From a virus (taxonomy: Duplodnaviria > Caudoviricetes), in the IMG/VR virus record IMGVR_UViG_3300021399_000009, positions 44,607 to 108,606 of that record: a stretch of DNA of 64,000 nt; one strand, 5' to 3'. The notes under the pieces are model-generated. The model ran no database searches and was not told the DNA's origin. It was given only the letters and a program-made list of their open reading frames with translations. Below, piece after piece: positions 8,339 through 18,763 of this stretch. The position numbers and the translations under genes were made by a program. Position 1 is the first letter of the stretch, and each line of letters begins with the position of its first letter.

Positions 8339-10062
8339 ATTATTATAGATATATTAACGTGATATGTAAATATAACATTGTTCTTTCCGAATATTCTAAT
8401 AACATTTAATTGTTGTTCTGGTATCATTTTACAGAAGATGACCCCAGAACTACGATTAAACGAGCAATGAGATTCGCCAAAATTCATTATAATATTAAGC
8501 TCCATGTTTTTCTTATCAACTGATGTTACCTCTATACGTTCTAAAAACATACCTACAAGAATGTCAACTTCTTTTTGTGTCAACTTTCCATTGAGTATAT
8601 CATTAATAGTTTTTCTTACTTGAACTAATCTTTTTTCAATGTCTTTATATGAGGATTGATTATCTACTAACGATTTACGTTTATGTTCAAGTTCATCAAG
8701 TTCGGTACTTAAACTATCATTTCGTTTTTTAAAATCTACTTTGTTTATATCTCCGCTCATATATAAATCTAATAGCATTTCTTTCTTGTGTTCTATATTA
8801 TTCTGTTGTGCAACAATCTTGTCGATTGATTCCTTTGAGTTATTGTCGCTTAAAGCAGCTTTACATAATGACATAAATTTGTCAGTGTAATCACTTAGAT
8901 TCTTTAAGTTTGTAACAAAACATTTTGAAAGAATATCATATATTTCTGTTTCATAAATAGCAAATGTAGGACAAGTAGCCGAACCCTTGCTTCTCTTTTC
9001 TCTACATATATATTGATAGATATTTTGACCTTTGTGTAGCCTGTGACTATAACTTGTTCGCCAGAATGGGGCTTGACAATGTGTACAAAACAGTTTGCCC
9101 GAAAGAACGGAAGTCGTTTTCTGTCCTCGACCTCTACTCTTTACTTCTTCACTTCTTGCTTTAAATAAACAATTTGCCTTATTCCAAAGTTCTTCGCTTA
9201 CAATGGCAGGAACAATTTCACCTGTTTCGTCTTTGTAGACTATCCAATCACTCTCAGGCAAAAACACTTGTTCCTTGGTTCGATAATCAGCTATCTTTAC
9301 CTTGTTACCACAGTAGTACCCCTTGTACTTAGGATTGTTTAAAATACCAGATATGGTATTGTGACTAATTGGAGTACCGTTTCTTGAAGTAATCCCTTTT
9401 GCGGTAAGCTGACGTTGAATTTCTCGTAAAGCATATATTCCTGTCGCATACTGTTCAAATATAAACCTTACTATTTCAGCTTCTTTTTCATTGATAATCA
9501 ATCTACCATTGAACTTATCATATCCATAGATACGACTATTACCCATAACAACGCCCTTCTGAATAGATTGCTTGTGTCCAAACTTAACTCTTTCAGATAA
9601 CTTACGCACTTCATCTTGTGCAATAGAAGCCATTATGGTTAAACGAAACTCAGCATCACTATCTACTGTATTTATATTGTCGTTTTGAAAGAATACACCC
9701 ACACCATTTCGCAACAGCTCTCTTGTATAAGTCAAGCTATCAATTGTATTTCTTGCAAAACGAGATACCTCTTTTGTAAGAATTAAATCAAATTTGCCAT
9801 TCTTACCATCCTCAATCATACGCATAAAGTTCTCACGATTGGCTGCTGATTCACCACGAACTCTATCAACATATCCTTCAATATATGTCCAGTTAGGATG
9901 CTCTTTTATCATTTTATCAAAGTGCTCTATCTGATGTTCAACAGAACTATCCTGTTCTTCTTTGAGTGTTGACACTCTAACATAATAAGTAACTTTTATA
10001 TCAAGGTCAAAGATTGTTTTATGGTTCTGCCTCATATAATTAACAGTACTATAAATGTCCAT
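8332..10062 (-). CDS. Large serine recombinase (integrase)
   Basis: YVRVST catalytic Ser, SRFARN, recombinase domain (YGY...LNNPKYKG), Zn ribbon CTHC...C...C, coiled coil. Confidence 0.95.
   Translation of the reverse strand: MDIYSTVNYMRQNHKTIFDLDIKVTYYVRVSTLKEEQDSSVEHQIEHFDKMIKEHPNWTYIEGYVDRVRGESAANRENFMRMIEDGKNGKFDLILTKEVSRFARNTIDSLTYTRELLRNGVGVFFQNDNINTVDSDAEFRLTIMASIAQDEVRKLSERVKFGHKQSIQKGVVMGNSRIYGYDKFNGRLIINEKEAEIVRFIFEQYATGIYALREIQRQLTAKGITSRNGTPISHNTISGILNNPKYKGYYCGNKVKIADYRTKEQVFLPESDWIVYKDETGEIVPAIVSEELWNKANCLFKARSEEVKSRGRGQKTTSVLSGKLFCTHCQAPFWRTSYSHRLHKGQNIYQYICREKRSKGSATCPTFAIYETEIYDILSKCFVTNLKNLSDYTDKFMSLCKAALSDNNSKESIDKIVAQQNNIEHKKEMLLDLYMSGDINKVDFKKRNDSLSTELDELEHKRKSLVDNQSSYKDIEKRLVQVRKTINDILNGKLTQKEVDILVGMFLERIEVTSVDKKNMELNIIMNFGESHCSFNRSSGVIFCKMIPEQQLNVIRIFGKNNVIFTYHVNISIIIN
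8405..8460. other. Candidate attP site inside the integrase 3' coding region
   Basis: 26-bp arms 8405-8430 and 8435-8460 are inverted repeats (21/26) around ACAG. Confidence 0.65.
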
Positions 10063-10084
10063 AACATCGCCCCCCCTTAATATA

Positions 10085-10114
10085 ATTATACCATAGAAAA
10101 TATAGATAAATCAA
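10085..10114 (-). promoter_or_regulatory. Integrase promoter
   Basis: TTGATT-18-TATAAT with TG extended -10. Confidence 0.7.
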
Positions 10115-10121
10115 GAAAAAA

Positions 10122-10162
10122 ATAGGGGATAACAAGTTTTATTTTTACTTGTTATCCCCTAT
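10122..10162 (-). terminator. Late-operon terminator
   Basis: Perfect 16-bp IR ATAGGGGATAACAAGT followed by a T-tract on the minus strand. Confidence 0.88.
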
Positions 10163-10165
10163 AAA

Positions 10166-10288
10166 TTATCCAAAAAGAAGCTCCTTAATTTTCTGCCAAA
10201 TAGACTTCTGTTCTGTTTTTGGTAACGTTTTTGTACCAGATTTTTTTCTCCAATATTTTTTCTTTTTAACTGTAATCTTCTGTCCCAT
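10166..10288 (-). CDS. Small basic peptide (40 aa)
   Basis: GAGGTG RBS; MGQKITVKKKKYWRKK...IWQKIKELLFG. Confidence 0.45.
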   Translation of the reverse strand: MGQKITVKKKKYWRKKSGTKTLPKTEQKSIWQKIKELLFG

Positions 10289-10565
10289 ATACACCCACCT
10301 CGTTTCCATATCCGACAACTGCCGTATTTATTCCATCCGAGTCTTGACTAATCTCAACCTCAGTTTCTTCTACATATTCAAATTCATTAATAAACCTTTG
10401 AGTTTTAATAAGTAGACAAGCTGTTATCAATAAGCAGATAACTAATATAGTAAATGCAATAACAAGTCCAATTGTCATCTTGGTCATATATTTATCAAAT
10501 CTTTGTTGTGCCAAAATATAATTATCTTTCCATTTTTTATTCTCACACGCTTTGCAATCAGACAT
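10266..10565 (-). CDS. Single-TM membrane protein in the lysis cassette
   Basis: Hydrophobic helix IGLVIAFTILVICLLITACLLI. Confidence 0.7.
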   Translation of the reverse strand: MSDCKACENKKWKDNYILAQQRFDKYMTKMTIGLVIAFTILVICLLITACLLIKTQRFINEFEYVEETEVEISQDSDGINTAVVGYGNEVGVYGTEDYS

Positions 10566-10578
10566 AATTATCACCTCT

Positions 10579-10833
10579 TTACTGCTTCAAAATCAAATTC
10601 ATAATAGCCATAACAATAGCTCCTCCAGCAGTACCTAAAGTTGCATATACACCCTTTATGAGCATTGACATCTGAGAAGTTAATTTAGTCAATGTTATTT
10701 TTAACTCAGCCAGTTCTGTGGCTGAATCGGCATGACGTTCATTACAATCATCTTTACGAACAAATATTTCATTAGCTATTTCTGAACGCATATATATATC
10801 GTCAAGTTTAGCTAAATCTTCTGGACTAAGCAT
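10579..10833 (-). CDS. XhlA-like coiled-coil protein with C-terminal TM (lysis accessory)
   Basis: Architecture and position after the endolysin. Confidence 0.6.
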   Translation of the reverse strand: MLSPEDLAKLDDIYMRSEIANEIFVRKDDCNERHADSATELAELKITLTKLTSQMSMLIKGVYATLGTAGGAIVMAIMNLILKQ

Positions 10834-10841
10834 AATACCCC

Positions 10842-11639
10842 TCACTTTCTTATTAATACATTCCAATCGCCACCGCCTAAATAACCAACTCCTAAACCAT
10901 TATCTTCCTGCCACTTGTATATGGCACTCATAGTTTTATTGCCAGCTATTCCGTCAGCTTCGCCAGAATTATATCCAAGCTGATTAAGTCTGTCCTGTAC
11001 CCATTTAATAAGATTTCCTTTATCACCATTTTCAACCGTATACTTTCTTACGGCAGTAAGTGTCTTGTTTCCAGCGATACCATCCACGACAAGATTCGCT
11101 CCACCATTATTTAACGTCTGTTGCAAGGACGCTATATCTGCACCAGTCTCAATGTTTGAAGGCGATACCGTATTCTCTCCTGCAAATACAGTACCTCTCT
11201 GAAATGTTTTAATCCAATCATTCTTAGGCGTATTGCCATAAGTATATTCATTGCCAAACCAATGATTAACTACAATGCCATTAATAGTGTATTTTTCACA
11301 ATCACGGGTATCAACGTGACAACTATTTGGTAACATTAAACCTATACCACCGAAGCCAAGTCTTTCAGCTACTTCTGCAATGTCCCAAGAGGTATACCAA
11401 GAACCATCTTTCTTCTGCACTTTTATATCAGCAGCTATACCTCTACGGTGAGCATCAGTTTTACTTCCCCACGGATTGTTCTCACAACGATAACCTGAGT
11501 TGACGAATATAGCTTTCGCATCCATAATAGTAAACATCTTTTCAAGCCTGTTTATAAGAAGTTTAGACATAGCGTGTGAATGTCCGCAACACTCACAGTT
11601 AAATTCGCTCTGCGAAAAATGAGTTGATAAATCTCCCAT
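10842..11639 (-). CDS. Endolysin: peptidase M15-type domain plus two PG-binding repeats
   Basis: SGYRC...H..G.AAD...HVD.R; LQ..LN....VDGIAG.KT twice. Confidence 0.9.
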   Translation of the reverse strand: MGDLSTHFSQSEFNCECCGHSHAMSKLLINRLEKMFTIMDAKAIFVNSGYRCENNPWGSKTDAHRRGIAADIKVQKKDGSWYTSWDIAEVAERLGFGGIGLMLPNSCHVDTRDCEKYTINGIVVNHWFGNEYTYGNTPKNDWIKTFQRGTVFAGENTVSPSNIETGADIASLQQTLNNGGANLVVDGIAGNKTLTAVRKYTVENGDKGNLIKWVQDRLNQLGYNSGEADGIAGNKTMSAIYKWQEDNGLGVGYLGGGDWNVLIRK

Positions 11640-11641
11640 AC

Positions 11642-11839
11642 TTATTCTCCTTTCTCATTATTCTTTTTGTTGTTCTGATAATTAAAGAAAAAATTGTAAC
11701 ACATAGTTACTAAAATCAAAAATTCTTTTGACTCTATCTTACCCTCTGCGAATCCCCAACAGAGGAATATTGTAAGAAGTAGTGTAAGAATTGATTTAAG
11801 GTCTATGAGTTTACAGATTTTTGCAAATAAATTTTTCAT
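11642..11839 (-). CDS. Holin
   Basis: 65 aa, two TM helices, charged C-tail, upstream of the endolysin. Confidence 0.75.
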   Translation of the reverse strand: MKNLFAKICKLIDLKSILTLLLTIFLCWGFAEGKIESKEFLILVTMCYNFFFNYQNNKKNNEKGE

Positions 11840-11858
11840 AACACCACCTCGTTATAAT

Positions 11859-11886
11859 AAAAGAGGGTAGAATAAACTACCCTCTT
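11859..11886 (-). terminator. Terminator after tail fibre genes
   Basis: AAGAGGGTAG/CTACCCTCTT hairpin. Confidence 0.7.
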
Positions 11887-11947
11887 GTTGTTTAATATTG
11901 TTGTGATTGATTTTATCTTCCTGTGTAGTCACGGAGTTTGTAGAATA

Positions 11948-12850
11948 TTAGACCTTACTTGAATATGATGCATTTATTCTTATCTCGTTATATTCTTCCT
12001 TTGTATAATATGGAAATAAATTTCCGCTTGGAGTTATCAAAGCAAAGGAAGGTTCTTCTACACCATTTAATATATTTCTATATATACAAGGCAGTATATA
12101 ACCTATTGAAGATGTTCCGCCGTTTGGAATATTTGCTACTGCATTTTCTTTTACAAGATGGTTTCCAGATGGAACACAAAAACTTGCACAAATTGTTACT
12201 ATACCTCCAACAATTCTTGACTTATTATAATATATTGTCGAATTATTTAGAGATTTAAGTGATATTGGCTTAGCAAATTCACTTAACACATCATCAATAG
12301 CGTTTATAAAATCAGTAGGCATAGCAACTTGCTTAGCTTTGATAATATAGTTGACACCTACGGCTTTGACTTCGGTAGTTTCACCATGACGACCAATGAC
12401 AATTTCTCCAATAGTACCTACTCCTGATTGTCCATCGTCTGTCACAGGTACTATATGTATATCTCCACTTTGGTGATACGTGTTAGTCAAATGTGTTCTA
12501 TGCATATGGTTTTGCACTCTATCCTCAACAAACTCGCCAAGAGAAACACCATCTGCATCATAGTGAACACTACTTTTTCCGCTTAAACCTACACCCTTTG
12601 TTGTAGCTTCTCGTAAATCTGGAATATTAAATGTTGTGCTTCCATCACCTGTACCAAATGCTGTTCCAATGGCTTTAAATAAGTCTGCATACTCAGTTCT
12701 ACTTACTGCTTGTCCTTGACACAAAAGCCAACCTGACGGAGCAGTAGTGCCACCATATGCTTGAATTGAACCTATCGGAGCATCTGCATATAATGTTCCA
12801 CCAGCAATTCTTTGTAAAGAACCGTCTTCTTTAACTACGTTTACACTCAT
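11948..12850 (-). CDS. Tail fibre protein with tail-collar domain
   Basis: PIGSI..Y.G...PSGWLLCQGQAVSRTEYADLF.AIGT.FG.GDGSTTFNIPDLR; VNYIIKA. Confidence 0.9.
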   Translation of the reverse strand: MSVNVVKEDGSLQRIAGGTLYADAPIGSIQAYGGTTAPSGWLLCQGQAVSRTEYADLFKAIGTAFGTGDGSTTFNIPDLREATTKGVGLSGKSSVHYDADGVSLGEFVEDRVQNHMHRTHLTNTYHQSGDIHIVPVTDDGQSGVGTIGEIVIGRHGETTEVKAVGVNYIIKAKQVAMPTDFINAIDDVLSEFAKPISLKSLNNSTIYYNKSRIVGGIVTICASFCVPSGNHLVKENAVANIPNGGTSSIGYILPCIYRNILNGVEEPSFALITPSGNLFPYYTKEEYNEIRINASYSSKV

Positions 12851-12868
12851 ATTGTTTTACCTCCTTAA

Positions 12869-14692
12869 TTATACAGTATACGCTCCATATACTGTACCTG
12901 TAATATAAGAATTAACGGGGAATTGGTCACTACCCCAAGTACCTGTACTTCCATCTGTTTGATACATTCTTGCAGGTGTCCAAAATTGATTTGTAGCCGA
13001 AGCCATAGCACCAAAGCCCATATTATCAATAAAAACAGCACCAGTTGGTGTAAAAAATATCAAATTAGAATTGTTGCTTATTGGAGTTATATATGGTATA
13101 TCTGGTAGTAAAGTCTTTAATAAATCTCTATTTAAACCCCAATTAAAAGTAGATGTCATAGTATTCGTATTTATTCTGGCTGAAAATTTTATTTCAGCTA
13201 TTCCATTTTTTAAAGTGATTGACACACGACCGTACCCTGTAATTTCACCTGCACTACTATTGATTATAAAGCCAGAACCCTCATAAGTTCGAGATTGTAC
13301 CTTTTGAAATTCATCATATACCGCATTACTTGTAACAGGGTGCATATCGCCATTAGTAACAGCATCCACTACAACATTTGGGTCACTCTCATCATCAGTA
13401 ATGTTTACTTGTTTATAAGTAAGTTTTTCTTCGGTGGTGAGTGCATCCCATTCTGCCTGAGTTCCAGTAAATTCCTTCGGTATATCTGAATATGTAGCCA
13501 TACGTTCGGTAGTCTGATTTGCCTCATCTCCGGCATAATATACCGTACTGGGAAAATAAGAAGAAGAAAACAGTAAAGGAGGAGTGGCTGATATACTGGT
13601 ATTTGTACTTGAAGTACCCGATTCACTTGAATCCCAATTAAGTTCATTTCTTACTGTATCTACATACATTAAAGCTAAAGTTTTTTCAGGAACAGAATAA
13701 TGATTTGTCCAAGTCTCTCTATCCATATATAAATCAGGATATGTTTCTATATCTATACGGTTATTAGCTTGGTCTGGATGTACTGTAAAATATTGTGAAA
13801 GATATGCAACTTTTTCATCAAAAGACATTCCAGATGAAAAGTTTACTTCTATTGTACCAGCTTTGCCAGTAACAACCTCTTTAGTTCTATAAAATGTGTT
13901 TTTTACATCTGCGGTTGGAAGTTCATTAACATCTATAATGGCTTCTGAATCGCCGCCTGTTTTAAGTTGAATTAATGTCTGTGTTTTAGAATTTCCAACA
14001 TAATACAGCTGATTAATTACTCCTTTTCTACAAGGCTTTTCAATATTATTAAACACAGAAACGCTACCGCCTACATAGATTATACCAACATTACCAGCTC
14101 TGGGAGCTATAGCTTTTATTTCTATCCATTGATTATCCTCATACAAGTAAAGCATAGAGGTTGGAATAGCAAATAAGTATTCTAAATAACCCGACTCAGC
14201 AGGAGATAACCATTCGTGAGGTATAGAAGGTTCGGCATTGAGAAAATCCTCAATTGATTGTTTGGTTTCATTTACAGTAGTTCCCCTAATACAAAATGTT
14301 GTATCAACATAAGTTATTTCATCTTTAATTACATATATTAAATCCTTAATGTTTCCAGCGGTGGGTAATTCTTCCACGTATTCCACAGCAGTATTAGGAC
14401 TTACTTCTAATTGATTCCAGTTATACGTACCATTACTTTGTACACACTCATAGAAATAGCCTTTAGTATAAGTTCCACTCTCACCAGTATACTGATAAAT
14501 ATTTCCTAATTCGTCAGCACTTGCAAGAGGAAGTTCTTCTTTCTGAATACTCTGTCCGTCAAATGTTTTTTCACTCAGTCTTGTTCCGTCTGCAAACCAT
14601 ACATCTTCTGCATAAGCAACAGGGAATGTTCCTAAATGTTCACTATCTACATAGTTATTAGGTCTTGCTGTATCTGCTAATTTAACTGCCAT
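12869..14692 (-). CDS. Tail fibre/receptor-binding protein
   Basis: ELPxA repeats, FTGTQAEWDAL and PVTSNAVY fibre motifs. Confidence 0.75.
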   Translation of the reverse strand: MAVKLADTARPNNYVDSEHLGTFPVAYAEDVWFADGTRLSEKTFDGQSIQKEELPLASADELGNIYQYTGESGTYTKGYFYECVQSNGTYNWNQLEVSPNTAVEYVEELPTAGNIKDLIYVIKDEITYVDTTFCIRGTTVNETKQSIEDFLNAEPSIPHEWLSPAESGYLEYLFAIPTSMLYLYEDNQWIEIKAIAPRAGNVGIIYVGGSVSVFNNIEKPCRKGVINQLYYVGNSKTQTLIQLKTGGDSEAIIDVNELPTADVKNTFYRTKEVVTGKAGTIEVNFSSGMSFDEKVAYLSQYFTVHPDQANNRIDIETYPDLYMDRETWTNHYSVPEKTLALMYVDTVRNELNWDSSESGTSSTNTSISATPPLLFSSSYFPSTVYYAGDEANQTTERMATYSDIPKEFTGTQAEWDALTTEEKLTYKQVNITDDESDPNVVVDAVTNGDMHPVTSNAVYDEFQKVQSRTYEGSGFIINSSAGEITGYGRVSITLKNGIAEIKFSARINTNTMTSTFNWGLNRDLLKTLLPDIPYITPISNNSNLIFFTPTGAVFIDNMGFGAMASATNQFWTPARMYQTDGSTGTWGSDQFPVNSYITGTVYGAYTV

Positions 14693-14711
14693 TTATTTCT
14701 CACCTCTCTTA

Positions 14712-16280
14712 TTAACTTACAACAGCAGTCAGTGTTCCCAAACTTGGCTGATGAAGTCTTACTATCTTATAGGTTGTTGTATATCCACTTGCATTTGTAA
14801 ATGAACGTGAAGCAACAACGGTATCAAGGTCTGTATCAAATCCATTTACCTTTACGCTTATAGACATTCCAGTAGGAATAGCCCAATAACAATACTGTCC
14901 TGTTCCTGCGGTAAAGTTATATGAACCCTTTGCGTTTGTAGCTAACTTGTTTCCACTAAGTCCAAGAATCCACGCATCTGTATAATTGTCTTGGTCTGCA
15001 CTTACACCCCAATAAACCTTGTTCATAAACTGGAATGAAATAGATTTTGTTGCTGTCTTTTCACCATCACCACAAGTAAGAGTAAATGTCTTATTAGCAG
15101 AAATGTCATTAGCATAAGTAGCTGTTCTTACTGTCTCGTCAGCAAGTGTACAATCTGTAAGTGTCTGACTTGTCATATCCTTATTGTAAGTCCAGTTGAA
15201 TACAACACCACCTGTGATAACCGCACCATTTTCATACTGTAATGTAGAAGGTGTAGATGTGAAAGAAGAAATCTGAGGGTCAATGTAATACAGCTTTACA
15301 AAGATAGCATCAAGTGCAAGGTCTACGTTGGTATAAGTAGGGAAGTCCGCATTTGTATAGCTTACATTCTCTGCACTACCACCAAGAGTAGATAAGGGAG
15401 CGAGTGTTATATCTCCGTTTTCATCTGTGATAACTGCTTTATTCGCATTGGTTGAACCCTGTGACGTACTTACCTTACCATTTATTTCTGTTTCAATAAG
15501 TGTCTGTAATGCTTTCATAGCGGCAATATCAGGTACTTTGTTTGTAACAACTTCTTCACCAGTATATGTGCTTACTACATCAGTAGTCTTTGAAACATAT
15601 TCATCAAATGAAATTGAGCCTGCACTAACGATAGTTGTCCATTCTCCATCAATAAGAATAGACTGCATAAGTTTGTCGCTATCCTCATAATAGAACCATA
15701 TAGAACCAGCATCAATTGTGTGGCTTACTCCACCCTTGACATAAGTAATCTTATCTGTTGTGCTGTCATAAGTAGGCATAGCATCACACTTAATTGCTTC
15801 ATCTACATTAAGCAAAGCTATCTGTTCGTCAGTATAAGTATTTGCATCAGAAACTCCCTGTGCTACTTTACTATCAACAGAGCCAGTAACAGTTGAATCG
15901 CTATTAAGAGTTGCTATATCTTCTTTATTCTGTTGTACCTGTGCTTTTTCTGTATCATCATAATCATTAGTCGAAAGACCTTTACCAGTTTCCTTTTCAA
16001 CATACTGCTCTAAGAAAGCATTAATTTCTGACTTAGTATAATAATTCAAAAGGTCAGCAGAACCGCCACTTAATACTCTCCACTTACCTGTTTCGTCATC
16101 AATTGTGTTTGCCTTGTTAAAAAGATAAGGCAATCCAGTTTCAACACACGTTGCTATAAAAAGACTTGGTAAATAATTCTCATTATATTCTCGCATATCA
16201 GCGAGAGTTTCAAACATATCTCTCTTGACATTAGGAGAAGATTTTCTAATGTCAAAGTTATCTAACATACTAACAGCCAT
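14712..16280 (-). CDS. Tail fibre/minor tail protein
   Basis: YYTKSEI, GKGLSTNDY motifs; C-terminal domain paralogous to 16295-17317. Confidence 0.75.
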   Translation of the reverse strand: MAVSMLDNFDIRKSSPNVKRDMFETLADMREYNENYLPSLFIATCVETGLPYLFNKANTIDDETGKWRVLSGGSADLLNYYTKSEINAFLEQYVEKETGKGLSTNDYDDTEKAQVQQNKEDIATLNSDSTVTGSVDSKVAQGVSDANTYTDEQIALLNVDEAIKCDAMPTYDSTTDKITYVKGGVSHTIDAGSIWFYYEDSDKLMQSILIDGEWTTIVSAGSISFDEYVSKTTDVVSTYTGEEVVTNKVPDIAAMKALQTLIETEINGKVSTSQGSTNANKAVITDENGDITLAPLSTLGGSAENVSYTNADFPTYTNVDLALDAIFVKLYYIDPQISSFTSTPSTLQYENGAVITGGVVFNWTYNKDMTSQTLTDCTLADETVRTATYANDISANKTFTLTCGDGEKTATKSISFQFMNKVYWGVSADQDNYTDAWILGLSGNKLATNAKGSYNFTAGTGQYCYWAIPTGMSISVKVNGFDTDLDTVVASRSFTNASGYTTTYKIVRLHQPSLGTLTAVVS

Positions 16281-16294
16281 TTATAAATCCCTCC

Positions 16295-17317
16295 TTACTT
16301 AAATGTTATCTGATTATCTTCCGCTGCTGTTGGTTCGATTAATGTATAACAATAATAATCTATACCATCAACTGATACTTCGCTTCTCTGGAATGAATCC
16401 CAGTAGTTGATATTGTTGATTTCATCCTTGATACTTGTTAAAGCACCAAATGACTTAGGATAAGCATAGAATACTTTACCCCAATTGGTAGTAATTCCAC
16501 TATAAGTATAAGCCTTTGTATCTTTCAGCACACTTGAACCACTCTTAATAACAGTCTCGTCAGGGTCACTTACACTTGCATCACAAATACCGTAATAAGA
16601 TTTGCCAACAAATTTGATTGTCACAGTAGAACTTGTTGACTGCTGTCCGTCAGTTGTCATTGCCTTAAATGTAACATCTGATTTAATAGGTGTAGTAGGT
16701 GTATACTGATACTGAAAATTACCACCATCAGCAACACCAGTTGTGACCTCATTAAGTAAAGTATCGCCTACATAGAACGATACCTTTGTGACAGGCTTGC
16801 TCTTTTTAGTTACAGCACCTTTAAGAAGAATAGTAGATATACTATCGTTCACAATATCATACAACTTTGTAGCAGGCGTTGTTGAAAGCACAACCGTAGG
16901 TGGCTGATACTTTACAAGCATATCTTTTACCACTTTCCAAACAGGAGTGTTTACAGAAATAGTCTGACCAGAATTAATACTTCCTTGACTCTCTGTAGTA
17001 ACAAAAGATTCAGGGAACTTGTCTGTAACAGTTATTGCACCAGCATCAATAGTTGAACCGTCAGAGAATGTAAATATTAAATGATTGTTCGCATTTATAG
17101 AAGCGTTTGTAATAGAAATACCCTGTTCACCATCTTTGACAAGCATTTGAGTTGTCTGTACAGTACCAGAATCGCCAGTCCAACGAAAGGTTACAAGATG
17201 TCCATTATCTACATCTGTGATAGACTGAATTGTACAAGGCTTTCCTCTAACTGCACCAAGTCCCTCTGCTGTTTTACGAACATAAGCTTGACATAATGCG
17301 TATGTTACAATATCCAT
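16295..17317 (-). CDS. Minor tail protein
   Basis: INANNHLIFTFSDGSTIDAG repeat type; tail context. Confidence 0.7.
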   Translation of the reverse strand: MDIVTYALCQAYVRKTAEGLGAVRGKPCTIQSITDVDNGHLVTFRWTGDSGTVQTTQMLVKDGEQGISITNASINANNHLIFTFSDGSTIDAGAITVTDKFPESFVTTESQGSINSGQTISVNTPVWKVVKDMLVKYQPPTVVLSTTPATKLYDIVNDSISTILLKGAVTKKSKPVTKVSFYVGDTLLNEVTTGVADGGNFQYQYTPTTPIKSDVTFKAMTTDGQQSTSSTVTIKFVGKSYYGICDASVSDPDETVIKSGSSVLKDTKAYTYSGITTNWGKVFYAYPKSFGALTSIKDEINNINYWDSFQRSEVSVDGIDYYCYTLIEPTAAEDNQITFK

Positions 17318-17333
17318 TCAATCACTTCCTTTC

Positions 17334-17528
17334 TTACTGCTCAATCCAAGTCTGAGCTTCTGCATTATAAAAAAACACAGTGCCAGTATCTATCTCTAAA
17401 AAAGCACTACCAGTTAGTATGGGATAGCCTTCATAAAAATCAATTGGTTTAATATCGCTTGATAATCCACGAAATTCAAGTACGGGAGCATTGGTATGCT
17501 CTCCTATTTTTGTCATTGTAATTGCCAT
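17334..17528 (-). CDS. Small tail-associated protein
   Basis: GLSSDIKP...GSAFLEIDTG.VFFY; AAAGGAG RBS. Confidence 0.7.
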   Translation of the reverse strand: MAITMTKIGEHTNAPVLEFRGLSSDIKPIDFYEGYPILTGSAFLEIDTGTVFFYNAEAQTWIEQ

Positions 17529-17544
17529 AATAACTCTCCTTTCT

Positions 17545-18762
17545 TTAATCTGGATAAAATTTAATCCTGCACCCTTCTGGAAACGATGTAGGATAATACT
17601 CGCAATCGCTTGCAATAACTACTAATTTTAATTTAGTTTTTGAAAATGCATAACGTCCTATTTTCTTACAACTTCTGGGAATAACAACTTCCGAAAGATT
17701 AATGGCATTAGCAAAAGCTCCAACTAAAACTTTTTCTGGCATGAAGTTATTAGTTAAACCTTTATATTCGCTGATATACCATTGTGCTAAAGGTCTACCT
17801 TCTTTGTGTTGTAATTCTGGTATTAATTCCGATGTTATATTTCCGTCATGCTCTACCCTAAAGTATGATTTCGGATAAGGTTTAGTCATCTCAGAATTAG
17901 CAGTAGTATAGAAATTATTACAAGTTAATTCATTATCTTTTATGTGCCATATATAATCTGTTTCATAACTTATATCGGAATATAATAGTTCTATCTGTAC
18001 GTTATCTGTTATGTAACCCATGTCAATAACCAGATAGGCTAATCCAGAATAGTCCGCAGTAATAGTTATGCTATAATCTCTTAACACGCTACTGGCTTCT
18101 GATGATACAGCAGTTCTGCTTAAAATCTGATAGTCAGTTATCTGTCCACTACCAGAGGGTTCATTTTTTGTTATAGCGATATAATCTTTATTATCACCAT
18201 ACTGGCAAGTAAAACCAGTAGGACTACAGAATTTCAATGAAAAACTTAGGGATAAGCCTTGTGTAACAGTTACAGGAAAGTATATTCTCTCACAACCACC
18301 CCCACCTGTAAATGTTAAGGTGTTTAAACCATCAGAATAAACGTTATCAAACTGTGTAAAACCAGCAGAGTTTTTTATCCAGTTATCAATATCTTTTATT
18401 CCAGTATCAGATTCTACGATTTCCGCATTACAACTTACAATATCTGACGGAGTTATATTAGTCCCATCGGATTTGCTCAAAACTACACGAAAGTATTTTG
18501 CAGTTGGGTAATTAGTAATGTCAATACTCTCCCCATTGTCAACCCAACCAGAATCCCACAAAGCTCGATTAGTCGTAGAATCTGCGTATAACATAACATT
18601 TGTTTTTATGTTACTATTACTTTCTGCGGTAATTTTTATTTGTTGACCAAAATTTACCGTATATCTTCCAGCAGACCTCACTCTGTTGGAAGAACTTTGA
18701 TTGCCATAATCATCAATTGTTCCTTGCTCTATGTCTGTTATATCTATTAACCTTGTCGACAT
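17545..18762 (-). CDS. Tail protein with beta-rich (CBM-like) domains and C-terminal BspA-type LRR
   Basis: GAFANAINLSEVVIPRSCKKIGRYAF. Confidence 0.65.
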   Translation of the reverse strand: MSTRLIDITDIEQGTIDDYGNQSSSNRVRSAGRYTVNFGQQIKITAESNSNIKTNVMLYADSTTNRALWDSGWVDNGESIDITNYPTAKYFRVVLSKSDGTNITPSDIVSCNAEIVESDTGIKDIDNWIKNSAGFTQFDNVYSDGLNTLTFTGGGGCERIYFPVTVTQGLSLSFSLKFCSPTGFTCQYGDNKDYIAITKNEPSGSGQITDYQILSRTAVSSEASSVLRDYSITITADYSGLAYLVIDMGYITDNVQIELLYSDISYETDYIWHIKDNELTCNNFYTTANSEMTKPYPKSYFRVEHDGNITSELIPELQHKEGRPLAQWYISEYKGLTNNFMPEKVLVGAFANAINLSEVVIPRSCKKIGRYAFSKTKLKLVVIASDCEYYPTSFPEGCRIKFYPD

Positions 18763-18763
18763 A

